DNA of 64,000 nucleotides, taken from assembly GCA_964016885.1 (NCBI GenBank), contig OZ024757.1, forward strand, positions 30,194,001 through 30,258,000, read 5' to 3'. A program made the position numbers and the translations under genes. The DNA comes from Eledone cirrhosa. Taxonomy: Eukaryota. Positions 62,611 to 64,000 of this stretch are shown in pieces (the stretch's first letter is position 1; each line of letters starts with the position of its first letter). Under the pieces are notes generated by a model that worked only from the letters and a program-made list of their open reading frames with translations, was not told the origin of the DNA and made no database searches.

Positions 62611-63186
62611 TTATAAAAAGATCAACTCGTGGGATGAGTAGGTTATGATTGGAAGAAAGGTTGGCTGGTAAGAGAAGCAGAGGCCAACAGCCAAAACGAT
62701 GGCTTGATAATGTCAACCTATAGACTGGACTTGATCTTTGGTTTTTAAACTCTGCTGTTGGTGATCAAACTTTGTGGAGAAAAAATATCTCAGGCTGATG
62801 TGCAGTCTGCAACTGGCAGTGTTTAGCTTCTGACGAGTGAGTTTGTGATCGATAATCGATTACATAGATTGATTTTAAATTACAGTCTACCTATCACAAA
62901 ATAGCACTATCGGAAATTTTACTGATTCCATCTAGAGTATATATTCCTCTTTGAAATATTTGCTTTGTATATATACATAATATCTTGTGTATTGTCTATG
63001 ATATATGGTACTTGTTTCTCTCTCTCGCTCTGTAAATATATATATCTTTTACATTTGATTTATTATGGCTCTGGACAAAATCTATTGCACTTGTTTATTG
63101 AGAAGCACAAAAATTAAACATATTGGATATGTTTTGATTCCTCACATTTGTGTATATATGTATATATATATGTGTGTGTGTGTGTG

Positions 63187-63385
63187 ATCATCATTTTATG
63201 TCCGCTTTTCCCTACTTGCAAGGGTGTGATGGGTCCCTTTCAGCATAGCATCTTTCCATTTGTGAGCTTCAACGATCTAAGGTCAGCTCTCACCACCTGC
63301 ACCCAAGGCTTCCGTGGTCTTCCTCTACTGTGTCTTCCTTCCACTGGAATTACCTGGCACTTCTTCACCCAGCAGTCATCATCGA
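63187..63385 (-). mobile_element. RTE LINE 3' end fragment
   Basis: WVKKCQVIPVEG..RGRPRKPW on the minus strand. Confidence 0.85.
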
Positions 63386-63444
63386 TTTGTTTTACCCTAA
63401 CCCTAATTGCTCCTCTCCAGATCATCCCCTTAACCTTTGTAAAG

Positions 63445-63670
63445 GTATTATATTATGTATATATTCATATATATATGTATATATGAATTATGTGTACAAT
63501 ATTATGTATATATTATTATTATGTATATAATATTATGTATACATTCATATATGTATGTATATATGTATACATAATATATTATGTATATATAATATATACA
63601 TAATATATGTATGTGTATATAATATGTACATTATATATGTATGTGTATATAATATATACATATTATATGA
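63445..63670. repeat. degenerate (TA)n/(TATG)n low-complexity tract
   Basis: Direct reading. Confidence 0.8.
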
Positions 63671-64000
63671 AAAAAAGAAAATGTTCACTCTACATGCCAA
63701 CACAAGAGCAAGAATGAAGAGTTCATTCTACTGACATGGCTATAAAAATGAGACTTGTTTGCATAATTGCAAACAAATCGAATGTTATTATTAATAGTCG
63801 AAATATTATATTATATGTATTTCTATATAATATGTGTGTGTGTGTGTGTATATATAAGTAGAAGATAAATGTATATATATATATAAATGAATGTATGTAT
63901 AGTATATTTGGCAAGATACTGTATGTTTAATTAGAAACATTTTAAAGACCATTTGCTATGAGTTTTAAAGTAGTGACTATGTCACTTACTTATTCTCAGC

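Noticed and set aside
62886-62936. Possible second exon (ttacag|STYHKIALSEILLIPSR|gtatat) for the orphan first exon
   Set aside because: Splice signals are weak and the peptide is unrecognisable; cannot be supported without transcripts.

Overview
AT-rich, repeat-dense metazoan genomic DNA; the tRNA-derived SINE families and (TA)n load suggest a coleoid cephalopod, probably Octopus (inference). Bases 39-6801 on the minus strand carry the first ten coding exons (307 codons, all GT-AG and in phase) of a UTP14 (U3 snoRNA-associated protein 14) gene that continues past the left edge. From about 12 to 46.3 kb there are three tandem copies of an ~11.36-kb unit. Each unit holds decayed RTE LINEs, SINEs, a mariner remnant and a CpG-rich promoter with a candidate first exon (MATGVLKLVRSRRHLTIL). 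From about 46.3 to 62 kb there is a higher-order array of 1.75-kb and 3.84-kb LINE-derived units. A young 1.8-kb RTE copy is inserted in the third 11-kb unit only. The most notable observations are: (i) Penelope-type hammerhead ribozymes beside (TA)n tracts, one apparently intact and in sense orientation just upstream of the first UTP14 coding exon, and one with a long stem II that is triplicated; (ii) a 161-bp fold-back palindrome built from a hammerhead 3' half; (iii) a C4HC3 PHD-type finger inserted inside the reverse-transcriptase domain of the RTE LINEs; (iv) chimeric LINEs at the duplication junctions. All calls come from manual reading of the sequence; no searches or folding programs were run.
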